Notes: a model not told the origin generated them from the sequence alone. A stretch of 64,000 nucleotides of DNA from Minisyncoccia bacterium (GCA_041736805.1 JBGSSW010000008.1:2897-66896), one strand, 5' to 3'; positions 16,954 through 27,092 are shown, numbered from the stretch's first letter. Made by a program: numbers and translations.

Positions 16954-17382
16954 ATGCTAAATCCAGAAATACCAAAAGTCTCACAAGATAATGAAGAAGC
17001 CGGAGGAACATTTGCTGAAAATCCTGGAATGGAAATTGGAGCAGAACATAGTATGTGGGCGGAACCACGATTGATGTGGTACATGATACCGGAGGAACTT
17101 AAAAGTTTGATAGTAAAAAGTGATGGTGAGCACCCAGCTAATGAAGATGAGATTTTTCTTGCGTGGAATGAATACTTCTCTAGCTTGTTTAGAGATTTCT
17201 GGAATATTGATCCAGTAAAAAAAGAAAACCGGGAGCGATTGCAAAGAGTAATGTTAGAAACTGAAGCAGAAAGATATTTAACTGAAGAGGATTATCAAGC
17301 GATAGTAGACTTTTTCCCCGAAGACAAAAAAATAGCTTTTATTGAAAAAGTTCAAGAAATTTTACAACCGGAGTTAGGTTAA
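16954..17382 (+). CDS. hypothetical protein
   Basis: ORF of 142 aa, acidic. Confidence 0.35.
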   Translation: MLNPEIPKVSQDNEEAGGTFAENPGMEIGAEHSMWAEPRLMWYMIPEELKSLIVKSDGEHPANEDEIFLAWNEYFSSLFRDFWNIDPVKKENRERLQRVMLETEAERYLTEEDYQAIVDFFPEDKKIAFIEKVQEILQPELG

Positions 17383-17407
17383 ATGAACCAGAATTTTAAA
17401 TTTTAAC

Positions 17408-17448
17408 AACACAAAAGGCCGGCAGCGAAGCTGTCGGCCTTTTGTGTT
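17408..17448. terminator. bidirectional rho-independent terminator
   Basis: aacacaaaaggccggcag-cgaag-ctgtcggccttttgtgtt. Confidence 0.6.
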
Positions 17449-17469
17449 ACGTAGAAAGCTGCTTGGAAT

Positions 17470-18321
17470 TTAATCAGTGGCTTTCCTAAAATAAGATTGG
17501 TCACTAAAAACATCATCACCAATTTTTACATTGTGAGTGTTAGCGAAGCTGTGTCTCTGGGACATGAGTTCAATGAAACGAGTGTCACTAATGCCTGAAC
17601 TACCATGAACCAAGCCAACTTCTCCGTCAGGTAAATTACGCAATTGTTCAAAGTATGACAAACCACCAAAGTGCGTTTGAGTAAAACTATCTAGATTGAT
17701 ATCTTCAGTCAGTAGGGTGGTTTTACAATTACCGAAATTATCAATATGCCAAATCGCTTTGGGTAAGTCTGGAATATTATCTAGGCTGTAATCTGTACTG
17801 GGTAGAGTGTTTCCTAAGGCCATAAAGACACTTGCCCTGGGAATAAAATCAAAACTACGGAATTGAGTAGTGGGTATTTGCTTGGCGGCGACTTCATCTA
17901 TAAAACCGGCTGCTAGCATTGTCTCGGCTGAGGTGTGAGTATCGAGAAGAGAGAAGTTTTTTAAGATACCAAGCTTTTTTACAGCCGATAAAACATAGCC
18001 GTCCACACTCGCTACGACCAAGGTTTCTCCGTATTTAAAATAGCCAAAAGGGGTACCATTCTCCCATTTAATGGTGTGGCCACCACGAGGAGCTACATTT
18101 ACCAGTACTAGCCCTGTACGGCCTTCGGTGGCGTCTAGAACGTCGACTAGCTGCATACTAGCCTCTAAGTCACTTTCGACACCGATAAAAGAAAGACCAG
18201 TTTCTAAGAGGGAAGCAATACGGCTTTCTTGTCGCCCACGAGCGTTGTCATCTTTGCAATCGTTGATAATAGTAGTAAACATATAATTTTTTTTAATATT
18301 TAGATTTTTGCATGTTAGCAA
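17470..18321 (-). CDS. SAM hydroxide adenosyltransferase / SAM-dependent halogenase family protein (DUF62-like)
   Basis: IDNFGNCKTTL matches the D-x-FGN-x-x-TN motif of SalL/FlA/DUF62. N-terminal IINDCKDDNA aligns with the ..SDxGxxD.. SAM-binding start. Confidence 0.5.
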   Translation of the reverse strand: MLTCKNLNIKKNYMFTTIINDCKDDNARGRQESRIASLLETGLSFIGVESDLEASMQLVDVLDATEGRTGLVLVNVAPRGGHTIKWENGTPFGYFKYGETLVVASVDGYVLSAVKKLGILKNFSLLDTHTSAETMLAAGFIDEVAAKQIPTTQFRSFDFIPRASVFMALGNTLPSTDYSLDNIPDLPKAIWHIDNFGNCKTTLLTEDINLDSFTQTHFGGLSYFEQLRNLPDGEVGLVHGSSGISDTRFIELMSQRHSFANTHNVKIGDDVFSDQSYFRKATD

Positions 18322-18547
18322 TTAGGGAGGGGAAAAGCAAACAAAGTAAAAGCCCCATGGCTGTAGGAGCTTTTACCAATTGTGATGGGAAATAGCGAGG
18401 AACGCCTTGTATTTCCACATAGCGTTTATTACCTCCGCTACTTAAATATAATAACACAAGAATTATTACCTTGCTTGTGGATAGGTGTAAATATTTCGGT
18501 AAGTTGTACAGGAATGTATTATGGTAAATGAATATTGATGGGTAAAT

Positions 18548-18582
18548 AAAAATGCCGCCTCCTGAAAGGAGGCGGCATTTTT
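18548..18582. terminator. rho-independent terminator downstream of hup
   Basis: aaaaatgccgcctcc-tgaa-aggaggcggcattttt. Confidence 0.65.
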
Positions 18583-18591
18583 ATTTAGAAA

Positions 18592-18864
18592 TTATTTTAC
18601 GGCGTCCTTAAGTGCCTTAGCAGCTCGGAACTTCGGTACTCTCATCGCTGGAACAACAACAGTTTCTCCAGTACGAGGATTTCGAGCATCTCGCTTTGCC
18701 CGCATCTTTGCTTCGAAAATTCCAAAGCCAGCAATTGAGACTGCGTCTCCATCCTTCATTGTAGCTTCAATACTTCCAAACACTGCGTCAACTGCTCGTT
18801 CAGCATCTGCTTTAGTTGAACCTAGTACTTCGTGCACCTTACTGATGATATCTGCTTTATTCAT
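18592..18864 (-). CDS. hup: HU family DNA-binding protein
   Basis: A 90-aa protein with the arm motif RNPRTGETVVVPAMRVPKFRAAKALK. Confidence 0.85.
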   Translation of the reverse strand: MNKADIISKVHEVLGSTKADAERAVDAVFGSIEATMKDGDAVSIAGFGIFEAKMRAKRDARNPRTGETVVVPAMRVPKFRAAKALKDAVK

Positions 18865-19031
18865 AGATTTAGAAACTTATGGTCTAAGAGTGATAATGTG
18901 TGGTGAGTGATATTTCAGACACCTTGCCGTTAAAAATGGCTTACGCACATTATATATCAACGTATCAGAGCTGCAACGACTTCCATTTCATTTATTTTAT
19001 GTTGTAATGTTATTAGCTCTTTTTCAATAAC

Positions 19032-19064
19032 AAAAAATGCTAGACAATTTGTCTAGCATTTTTT
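19032..19064. terminator. rho-independent terminator downstream of rny
   Basis: aaaaaatgctagac-aattt-gtctagcatttttt. Confidence 0.65.
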
Positions 19065-19065
19065 G

Positions 19066-20589
19066 TTATCTGGCGTAACTGACAACACGAGTTTCCCTAA
19101 TCACGTGGACTTTAATTTCCCCAGGATAGCGCAGTTTAGCTTCAATTGTAGTAGCAATAGTTCTAGCTAAAGTGTGGCTTTCTAGGTCCGTTAAAGTTTC
19201 TGGATTTACCAAAACTCGAATTTCTCTACCAGCTGCAATAGCGAAAGCTTTATCTACACCATCAAGAGTCGTAGCGATGGCTTCAAGATCAGTTAAACGT
19301 TTAATGTAGTTTTCGATTGAATCACGTCTAGCCCCCGGTCTTCCTCCTGAAATGGCATCAACCACTTGAACAATGATTGATTCTGGCGTTTCATAAGGAT
19401 ATTCTTCATGGTGAGCACGCATGGCTAAAATTACCTTTTGATCTACACCGTATTTTTCTAAGATTCGAATACCAATCTCCACGTGAGTCCCGGCTACCTC
19501 ATGGCTAACTGTTTTTCCAATATCGTGAAGTAAGGCTCCGGCTCTAGCGACAGCGACATCAGCGCCTACTTCTTCAGCAATGATGGCAGCCATGTGAGCC
19601 ATTTCTACAGAGTGCCAGAGAACATTTTGACCATAACTAGTTCGGAAATGTAGACGGCCCAGAATCATGATTAAGTCTGGATGAAGATTTGGTACATTAG
19701 CATCATAGGCCGCTTTCTCGCCCATTTTACGGACGGTCCCGGCTACTTCTTTACGGGCCAAATCAACCGCCTCTTCAATCTTGGCTGGTTGGATACGGCC
19801 ATCTTTGAGTAGAGCTTCAAGTGCCACTTTAGCAATTTCACGACGAATAGGGTCGAAAGAAGAAAGAACAATATAACCTGGTGTTTCATCAATCAAGACG
19901 TCTACACCAGTCGCTCTTTCAAAAGCTCTAACGTTTCTTCCTTCTTTTCCGATGACCTTACCCTTGAGGTCGTCGCTCGGTATTTCGACATGAGCTGTCA
20001 TGACATTAGAGGGGACATTGTTGCCTACACGGTGGATAGCGGCTAGTAAAATATTTTGCGCTTTTTCTTCGTAGGCTTCTGAACTAGTTCTGTCTAATTT
20101 TTCTAAACGAGCTCTTAGGTCGTCTGAGTATTCAACTTCAACTTTTGCTACCAACTGTTCCAGAGCTTGTTCTTTTGATAGTCCAGCTACTTCAGCTACC
20201 TTTTTTTCTATATCATTTTTTCTTTCATCAAGTTGAGACTTGATTGATTTAACTTCATTGATTTTATCCTGAACCAGTTCTTTTTGAGAATCTAGGTCTA
20301 TCTGTCTGCCATCAAGAAGCTCCTCTCTTTTTAGGAGGTGGGTTTCTTTTTGTGATAGCTTTTCTTCCAAACTTTTTCTTTCTGTCTTTGCTTCATGCAA
20401 GGTAGCAGCAGCTTTTTCTTCAGCTTTTTCAAGTATATCTATAATTTTCTTTTCGGCCGCGACCTCTCTTTCTTTAATATCAAGTTCTAGAGAGCGTTTC
20501 TTTGAGAGGGCGTGTAGATATCTAAAATAGTATCCAATAGCTGCACCAAGCACGAGCATTGCCAGAGCAATAACTAGTGATGGGGGCAT
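19066..20589 (-). CDS. rny: ribonuclease Y
   Basis: N-terminal TM, coiled coil, KH domain (GKEGRNVRAFERATGVDV) and HD domain (LLHDIGK). Confidence 0.9.
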   Translation of the reverse strand: MPPSLVIALAMLVLGAAIGYYFRYLHALSKKRSLELDIKEREVAAEKKIIDILEKAEEKAAATLHEAKTERKSLEEKLSQKETHLLKREELLDGRQIDLDSQKELVQDKINEVKSIKSQLDERKNDIEKKVAEVAGLSKEQALEQLVAKVEVEYSDDLRARLEKLDRTSSEAYEEKAQNILLAAIHRVGNNVPSNVMTAHVEIPSDDLKGKVIGKEGRNVRAFERATGVDVLIDETPGYIVLSSFDPIRREIAKVALEALLKDGRIQPAKIEEAVDLARKEVAGTVRKMGEKAAYDANVPNLHPDLIMILGRLHFRTSYGQNVLWHSVEMAHMAAIIAEEVGADVAVARAGALLHDIGKTVSHEVAGTHVEIGIRILEKYGVDQKVILAMRAHHEEYPYETPESIIVQVVDAISGGRPGARRDSIENYIKRLTDLEAIATTLDGVDKAFAIAAGREIRVLVNPETLTDLESHTLARTIATTIEAKLRYPGEIKVHVIRETRVVSYAR

Positions 20590-20689
20590 AATTCTTCAAT
20601 CTAACAATTACTAAATGGTTCATCGTGATTAGTTCAGTCATAACAGTATCAATCATCTTCGCGTACCATACCAGAAGTATAGCAGGAAG

Positions 20690-20726
20690 TAAAACAGCCG
20701 GCACGCATAGCGTGCCGGCTGTTTTA
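20690..20726. terminator. rho-independent terminator downstream of clpP
   Basis: taaaacagccggcacgc-atag-cgtgccggctgtttta. Confidence 0.65.
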
Positions 20727-20739
20727 CTTCACCCAAATC

Positions 20740-21345
20740 CTATTTATAAATCTTGTCGACAATCCCGTAAGTTACAGCTTCTTCGGCATCCATAAAGAAA
20801 TCACGGTCAACGTCTTGCTCAATCTTGGCTAGCTTTTGCCCGGTCGCTTTGGCGAGCATTTTATTTAACTTATCGCGAGTCTTGATGATGTGCTTGGCAG
20901 TAATATCGATATCGGAAGCTTGCCCGTACGCTCCACCAGAGGGTTGGTGAATCATTACTTCAGCGTTTGGCAGCATAAATCTTTTACCTTTAGCTCCTTG
21001 AGAAAGAATCAGGGAACCCATTGATGCCGCCATCCCAACACACACAGTCGCTACATCAGGCTTGATGTGATACATGGTATCGATAATAGACAAACCAGCC
21101 GTAACACTTCCCCCGGGAGAATTAACATAAATATAGATATCTTTCTTCGGGTCTTCTGATTCGAGGAAAAGTAACTGGGCTACTACTAAGTTGGCCATGT
21201 GGTCTTCAATACCACCAGTAATAAAGATGATGCGTTCCTTAAGCAGGCGAGAGAAGATGTCGTAAGCCCGTTCACCACCGAGGGTCTTTTCAATTACCAT
21301 GGGCACCATATAGTTGCTGATTTGTTCAGATTCTTTATTTGACAT
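20740..21345 (-). CDS. clpP: ATP-dependent Clp protease proteolytic subunit
   Basis: Catalytic triad context GMAASMGS (Ser) and MIHQP (His), 201 aa. Confidence 0.9.
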   Translation of the reverse strand: MSNKESEQISNYMVPMVIEKTLGGERAYDIFSRLLKERIIFITGGIEDHMANLVVAQLLFLESEDPKKDIYIYVNSPGGSVTAGLSIIDTMYHIKPDVATVCVGMAASMGSLILSQGAKGKRFMLPNAEVMIHQPSGGAYGQASDIDITAKHIIKTRDKLNKMLAKATGQKLAKIEQDVDRDFFMDAEEAVTYGIVDKIYK

Positions 21346-21485
21346 ATGCGACAGATAATAGCAGAAAATGTTTCATCTAGCTAGATTAAATAAAACTGCA
21401 CAGAAAGGCTTGAAAATAATGATTTTTAGGTTCATAGTTACTTTTGTGTCCAAACTTTGGGCATTGTTCTTAAATAACCAGGAGA

Positions 21486-21689
21486 ATGTATATGACTGAA
21501 GAAAGGAAACCATTGGCTTTCATCGGGGAACAGCCAAGAAAGGCGCAGTCGTCTGAACCTTTTGCCAGGCGTACTTATCAAGGTGGCCCTTGTCCCAAGT
21601 GTGAAGGAAGGTTGAGCTTGGTGTCTCTTTCTGGTCCTAGACTTCAGTGCCCGGGTGGACAACACAAATGGGACCCAGAGGTCACTTAG
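21486..21689 (+). CDS. small zinc-ribbon-like protein (GC-rich, antisense-oriented between tig and clpP)
   Basis: aggag RBS 8 nt upstream. CPKCEG..17..CPGG resembles a Cys4 ribbon. Confidence 0.3.
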   Translation: MYMTEERKPLAFIGEQPRKAQSSEPFARRTYQGGPCPKCEGRLSLVSLSGPRLQCPGGQHKWDPEVT

Positions 21690-21706
21690 GTCTAATTCGA
21701 TAGCCA

Positions 21707-21747
21707 AAGCCCCGTTGCACGAAGTGCAACGGGGCTTAAAACTTTTT
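21707..21747. terminator. bidirectional terminator hairpin
   Basis: aagccccgttgcac-gaa-gtgcaacggggctt followed by aaaactttttt. Confidence 0.55.
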
Positions 21748-21756
21748 TATAGATCC

Positions 21757-22905
21757 TTACTTCACCTCCTCGAGCATTTTCATCACGGCTTCGTTGGTGA
21801 GTACAGAAGCCACGTAAGTATGGACCCGCATTTCATCAGCGTCTTTATAGTGATTGAGTAACTCCTTTACTTGTTCTTCAACGGCCTTCTCATCGGCTAC
21901 TATTTTTTCAAGCTTGGAAATCTCATTAAGGATCAGTTGTAGCTTGGCACGTTTTTCAGCACTTGGTGACCAGTCAGCCTTTAGGTCATCTTTAGTTTTC
22001 TTAATGTGCTTGAGATAATCTTCCATCTTTAGGTTTGCCCGCTGCAAATCTTCTTCCATTTGAGCAAACATTTGATTAAGCTCTGAATCAATCAAAACCT
22101 GTGGCAGTTCAATCGTACTACCGTCAATAATGGCGTCAGTGATTTTGGCTCGGTGATTAGCAATAACATCACGCTTCTTTTCAATTTCTAGGTGTTCCCG
22201 CAGCATGGTCTTAAACTGGTCGACAGTTTCAAATTGCCCTGGTTGACCAAGTCCTTTTACCACTTCATCAGTTAGTTCTGGAATTTCAATCTTTTCTTCT
22301 TTTTCAACTTCCTTGTCTATTGTCTCTGGCTTTGAGTCACCATCAATTTCTACTGGAGCAGTAGCTTTCTTTTGTAGTTTTTCGTAGGCGATTTTCTGTC
22401 TTAAGATGTCATTAATTTTTTCAGTCAGTTCTTCTTCTGTCACTTCCTCGGAAGGTTTGTCTTTGTTTATTTTTTTAGCTACTTCTTTGTATTCAGCTAG
22501 TGTGACAGGAGGAATGACAGCCACGGTAGCGGTAAAAGCGAGGGGATTATTGGGAGCGATTTTAGTCAGCTCAATTTTAGGGTAACCGATAGCGTCTATC
22601 GCGTGAGCTTCTAATATATGTGGGTACATGTGAGCAATTGAACGTTCCGCCATTTCAGCCAAAATAGCCATTTCACCGATGTGTTTTTCTAGTACTGATT
22701 CAGGAATATGACCTTTACGGAAACCGTCTAGTTCGACATTAGCTCCCAGAGCTTTAATGGCAGAGGCTCTTTCGTGCAAGAGTTCGGCATAAGGAATTTC
22801 GCCAGTAATTTTTACTTGTGATTTTTCTTCTTTAGTAACAGTAAAAGCCTTTTTAAAATCAATATCATGGGCATGATGATTGTGGTTGTGTGAATGTTTA
22901 GACAT
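21757..22905 (-). CDS. tig: trigger factor (short form, N-terminal ribosome-binding domain plus C-terminal arm; no clear PPIase domain)
   Basis: GFRKGHIPESVLEKHIG matches the GFRKGKVP trigger-factor signature. Gene order is tig then clpP. Confidence 0.7.
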   Translation of the reverse strand: MSKHSHNHNHHAHDIDFKKAFTVTKEEKSQVKITGEIPYAELLHERASAIKALGANVELDGFRKGHIPESVLEKHIGEMAILAEMAERSIAHMYPHILEAHAIDAIGYPKIELTKIAPNNPLAFTATVAVIPPVTLAEYKEVAKKINKDKPSEEVTEEELTEKINDILRQKIAYEKLQKKATAPVEIDGDSKPETIDKEVEKEEKIEIPELTDEVVKGLGQPGQFETVDQFKTMLREHLEIEKKRDVIANHRAKITDAIIDGSTIELPQVLIDSELNQMFAQMEEDLQRANLKMEDYLKHIKKTKDDLKADWSPSAEKRAKLQLILNEISKLEKIVADEKAVEEQVKELLNHYKDADEMRVHTYVASVLTNEAVMKMLEEVK

Positions 22906-23069
22906 AGTACGGGCTAGTGTACGTAAATATAAAAGATTTGCAACCAGATTGTAAAAATTAGGTTGTGTTGCAAAACGATAAGTTTTTGTTAATCTAGATT
23001 TTAGAAGTCAGAGTCCTTGCCGTGGTGGTAAGTGCTAGATGGCTTGTCCTTGTGTATTGGAGAATTGCT

Positions 23070-23507
23070 ATGGTATCCCCGAAAGTGAAGTTCCATCTCT
23101 ACGACTTTTCTGGCCTAGCCATGTTGGATGAAAGGCTGAGGGCTGTCACGGCAGAGCAAATTGCTGCTCTTGAACCCCTAGGCTCAAACTTGCCAAGCAA
23201 TGCCATTGTGTTGGGTTACGTTCCTGAACCGCTCAAGGCTTTGATGGTGTTGAACGATGAGTTCGGGGATATGTACTATCCCATTCTCGAATTCGAACTC
23301 AGGCGTACTTTTCCAAACCTGAAGCAGGTTTCGACGGTCAGTTTCGGGCCGAACTTCGAAGTTTTCTACCTTCCCAAACAATCAACTGCCGAGAAGTTGG
23401 ACATCGATTTGGGTGAAGCGTACCCACGGGAGATTAGGCCGCTAGCCTTCGATGAGGCACATGCGGTCGGGCATGGTGACCTTGTCTTCTTAAGTCGGCG
23501 GAAGTAG
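23070..23507 (+). CDS. hypothetical protein (GC-rich ORF)
   Basis: ATG at 23070 with a ggag RBS. GC about 52%. Confidence 0.35.
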   Translation: MVSPKVKFHLYDFSGLAMLDERLRAVTAEQIAALEPLGSNLPSNAIVLGYVPEPLKALMVLNDEFGDMYYPILEFELRRTFPNLKQVSTVSFGPNFEVFYLPKQSTAEKLDIDLGEAYPREIRPLAFDEAHAVGHGDLVFLSRRK

Positions 23508-23620
23508 GATAATTGCAACAAGATGAAAAAAGCCGACGCCTGCGCCGGCTTTTGCTTTGGTGTTGAAGTAATAAAAGGCTGGGCAGACCGAAGGTCTGCC
23601 CAGCCTTTTAGATTATGTAC

Positions 23621-24013
23621 TTACTGAGTTGAAGCTTCTAATTCGGCATCAATTTGATTTAATTCTGTTTCTAAGTTGTTCAAGTCAGTACTTTCCAAAT
23701 CTGCTTCAATGGCTTCAATTTCATCAGATGTGCTAATGACAGTGAAACTTTCAGTTTGAGCAGTGGCCGTAGTGGTCTCAGGTTCTTTATTTACTTCAAG
23801 CGTCGGGCGGGTCGTTGTCTCTATTGGTTGAGGGATAACGGAAGCTATTTTGTACCAGTAGTAGAGCCCGGCCATGATTAGGATTAAAATAATAAAAAGA
23901 ATTATAACCACTGTTCCATTTACCTCTTTTCGAGGTTGGGAATCTTTAATAGGATTATTTGTCTGAGTCGGCAACTTCATTTCTTCACCTTCAAAATTTG
24001 GTTCGTTAGTCAT
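23621..24013 (-). CDS. hypothetical membrane protein
   Basis: Single TM (VVIILFIILILIMAGLYYWY), acidic T/E-rich tail. Confidence 0.4.
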   Translation of the reverse strand: MTNEPNFEGEEMKLPTQTNNPIKDSQPRKEVNGTVVIILFIILILIMAGLYYWYKIASVIPQPIETTTRPTLEVNKEPETTTATAQTESFTVISTSDEIEAIEADLESTDLNNLETELNQIDAELEASTQ

Positions 24014-24038
24014 GATAAATAGATTTATTTTTTAATTT

Positions 24039-24854
24039 TTATTCATTAGTACGAAGGGAATTTTCTTCGGTGGTAGTTGCGCTGGAGTCGGCTCGTACTC
24101 TGGATTCAACCAAGGCCGTTTTTAAAAGTGACAAGGTTTCTCTAAGCGCTTGGTGACAAGAGCGGATTAATTTTCCAGTTTCTTGGTATGTTGCTCTCAC
24201 CTTTTCCCATCTAGAGATTGGCTCTGTAGAGGTCGTCGCGTCACTAACTTGTTTATCTATATTTACTAAACTAGCTCTAGCGGTAGACAGAAATTGGGCC
24301 GCTTCGCGCAATTTTGATTCAGCCGCTTCGGTATCGATACCGTTTTTCTTTAGTTTAATAATACGTTCTTCTAGCCTGCTGATGATATTAAATAATCTTT
24401 CAATAGCCGCTTCCATGCGATTGCTAATGTTGGCGGATAGATTCAGAACTCGTTGCTGTCTTAATTTATCTAATTCAACTTGTCTGTCGACTCGGAGAGT
24501 TGTTCTGGCTTCAGTACTAGAAGCTCTAGCCTCTTGTCTTTCTTCTATTACTTCAGCACGATTTTCCTGACGTTGTCCGGTGCTTGAAGCTCTGTCTTCT
24601 TGTCTCTCTTCTAAATTATTTCGTCTCTCTTCAAGTACTCTCTCCATTTCCCCACGCCCATCTCTTGGAGTTGAACTTGAAGCATTTTTAACTGGTGTGA
24701 TTGAGGAACCACTTTCTGCATTAGCTTCTTGTAAGTGCTTTGCATTATGTTCTTCCGTATCATCGTGTGCCTTTGCCACAAGAATAGACAAAGAAAAAAC
24801 AACTACTAATAATCCAGCCGTGATAATAATTTTTTTAGAAAGGGTTATATCCAT
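24039..24854 (-). CDS. hypothetical secreted/membrane-anchored coiled-coil protein with internal EERQE-x-RASST repeats
   Basis: N-terminal signal/TM. Tandem nucleotide repeats gaagctct..tcttgtct.tcttcta at about 24520 and 24583. Confidence 0.4.
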   Translation of the reverse strand: MDITLSKKIIITAGLLVVVFSLSILVAKAHDDTEEHNAKHLQEANAESGSSITPVKNASSSTPRDGRGEMERVLEERRNNLEERQEDRASSTGQRQENRAEVIEERQEARASSTEARTTLRVDRQVELDKLRQQRVLNLSANISNRMEAAIERLFNIISRLEERIIKLKKNGIDTEAAESKLREAAQFLSTARASLVNIDKQVSDATTSTEPISRWEKVRATYQETGKLIRSCHQALRETLSLLKTALVESRVRADSSATTTEENSLRTNE

Positions 24855-24941
24855 GATCTTAATAAATTACTTCTTAATGTACATAGTATAACCCCCACAC
24901 CGAGAATCGGTAAGTGGGGGTTATAAAATTAGTTCTGAGAT

Positions 24942-25472
24942 TTATTTATTTTTGTCGGCTAGGTATACTTCACAGCTTTTGGTAAAAGCCTCTTTGGCTT
25001 CTTTCGCTCCATGCCATTTTCCAATTGTAACTTCTTTGTTTTGAACTTTTTTATAAGTTTCAAAGAAGTGAGACATTTCTTTTTGGAAGTGTGAATTTAA
25101 ATCGCCGATATCTTTGATATCGTCCATCCGAGGATCATCTACTGGGACAGCAATAACCTTGTCGTCTCTATCTCCACCATCAATCATTTCCATAATAGCT
25201 ACCGGACGAGCTTTGACTAAGATTCCTGGGGCAAGCGGATAGGTTGTGATCAAAACTACGTCCAAAGCATCCCCATCATCAAAAAGGGTTTGCGGCACAA
25301 ATCCGTAATCAAATGGGTAGTCTTGTGCCGAATGCATCACTCGGTCTAGCGCAATTATCCCGGTTTCTTTATCAATTTCGTATTTATTCTTTGAAAATTT
25401 TGGAATTTCGACAATCACATTCATTTCTTCAGGTGTCCCGGGGGCGATATCGTGTAGTAGATTCATAGTCAA
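24942..25472 (-). CDS. ppa: inorganic pyrophosphatase (family I)
   Basis: DGDALDVVLIT, EIPKFSKNKYEIDKE. Confidence 0.85.
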   Translation of the reverse strand: MTMNLLHDIAPGTPEEMNVIVEIPKFSKNKYEIDKETGIIALDRVMHSAQDYPFDYGFVPQTLFDDGDALDVVLITTYPLAPGILVKARPVAIMEMIDGGDRDDKVIAVPVDDPRMDDIKDIGDLNSHFQKEMSHFFETYKKVQNKEVTIGKWHGAKEAKEAFTKSCEVYLADKNK

Positions 25473-25501
25473 ATATTATTATTTTATAATAGATAAACCA
25501 A

Positions 25502-26905
25502 TTAACTTTTCTTTTCTTCCACTTCTTCCTCCTCAGCTTCAGCTACCAAGGCCTCTGCTTCTTCTGGAGTATCAATTTCATTTTCTTCTTCATTGTCAGG
25601 GTTTGTATTCCGGTCGTTAGTGGACTCATCTTCGGTTACTAGTTCTGGTTTGGTCGTAGTAGCATCTTCATTTTCTAGTACATCATTGTCACTTCCAACT
25701 GGAGTATCTACGTTAGCTTCAATATCAACGTTTCCATTTTCATCAGCCTCAGCCAAAGGTTCTTTATTTTCAGCAGAAACGATATCAATTTTCCAGCCAG
25801 TTAGTTTGGCGGCGAGGCGAACGTTTTGTCCTCCACGTCCAATGGCTAGAGATTGTTGGTCGGGAGCCACCTCAGCAATAGCATGGCCACGCTCACCAGT
25901 TACTTCATTTGGTTCGGAAACAATCTTTATACCCATGACTTGGGCCGGAGATAGAGAATCCTCAATGAACTCGGCGCTGTTTGGTGACCATTCAATAATA
26001 TCGATTTTTTCACCACCTAGTTCGCTCATTACTGTCGAAACCCTAACCCCTCTTTGTCCAACCAGTGAACCGACAGGATCAATGTGTTGATCATGAGCGT
26101 AAGCAGCAATCTTAGAGCGTGCTCCAGCTTCACGAGCGATAGCCTTTACTTCGACAGTACCACTCTGAAGTTCTGGAGCTTCAATCGCAAAGAGACCAGA
26201 TAGGAAATTAGCATGAGAACGTGATAACTTGAGAAAGATTCCTCGAGGAGTTTCTTCTACAGCAAGTAGAATAGCGCGTATTCTTTCACCTGGTTTATAT
26301 CTTTCACCCGGGATTTGCTCATCATAAGGCATGATAGCTGTTACTCGACCAAGGTCGACATAGAGATTCCCTCGTTCAAAACGCTGGACATGTCCAATGA
26401 CAATATCACCTTCTTTTTGACCAAATTCAGCGAGGGCCGCGTCTTTCTCAGCTTCGCGGATTTTCTGGACAATTACTTGCTTGGCTGTCTGCGCGGCAAT
26501 CCGACCGAAGTCATCTTTGGGTTCAAGTGGGAAGATTAATTCTTCGCCAGCCTGAGCATCCTTTTTAATCATGCGAGCAGTAGTGAGCATGATGTGCTTT
26601 TCCTCATCGAAGCGAACTTTTTTCTCGCCCTCCACTTCTGCTTCTTCGTCTTCTTCAATTTCTTCACCTTCGACGGATTCAGCCTTTAGCATACTTTCAT
26701 CAACCACGATTTTAATTTGGTTGAAATTGGTTGTTCCAGCTGCTAAATCAAATTTGGCGGTGACAATTTGTCCTCGTTTACCAAACTCTTTTTTGTAGGC
26801 AGTCGCTAGCGATTGCTCAATCGCTTCAATCATTTTTTCACGAGGAATACCGCGTTCCTCCTCCATTTCCTGTAGGACTGCATTAATAACTTTTAGGTCA
26901 AACAT
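25502..26905 (-). CDS. nusA: transcription termination/antitermination factor NusA (with acidic insertion and acidic C-terminal tail)
   Basis: S1 and two KH domains (IAAQTAKQVIVQKIREAE, RIDPVGSLVGQRGVRV, AIGRGGQNVRLAAKLTGWKIDI). Confidence 0.9.
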   Translation of the reverse strand: MFDLKVINAVLQEMEEERGIPREKMIEAIEQSLATAYKKEFGKRGQIVTAKFDLAAGTTNFNQIKIVVDESMLKAESVEGEEIEEDEEAEVEGEKKVRFDEEKHIMLTTARMIKKDAQAGEELIFPLEPKDDFGRIAAQTAKQVIVQKIREAEKDAALAEFGQKEGDIVIGHVQRFERGNLYVDLGRVTAIMPYDEQIPGERYKPGERIRAILLAVEETPRGIFLKLSRSHANFLSGLFAIEAPELQSGTVEVKAIAREAGARSKIAAYAHDQHIDPVGSLVGQRGVRVSTVMSELGGEKIDIIEWSPNSAEFIEDSLSPAQVMGIKIVSEPNEVTGERGHAIAEVAPDQQSLAIGRGGQNVRLAAKLTGWKIDIVSAENKEPLAEADENGNVDIEANVDTPVGSDNDVLENEDATTTKPELVTEDESTNDRNTNPDNEEENEIDTPEEAEALVAEAEEEEVEEKKS

Positions 26906-27062
26906 AATAATAATTTAATCTTTTTTAATAAAGTAATTTTTCTCAAATTATCACTGTTATAAAGAAAGCCCGGCACAAGCCGAGCATTCAAACAGTCCCA
27001 ATACTATATATAGAAGAAAAGGAAATGTAAAGTCTTTATCTAATAGTTAGCGCTTATTGTTT

Positions 27063-27092
27063 TTGACAATAGTTTATTTGTAAGGCTATATT
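27063..27092 (+). promoter_or_regulatory. sigma70-like promoter (TTGACA-18-TATATT) for the 27157 gene
   Basis: ttgaca at 27063-27068, tatatt at 27087-27092, and an aggaggg RBS before the ATG. Confidence 0.4.

Noticed and set aside
25593-26798. Several plus-strand ORFs (165, 74 and 75 aa) inside nusA
   Set aside because: They are antisense to a well-supported conserved gene. Their Ser/Thr-rich composition is typical of reverse-frame artefacts.
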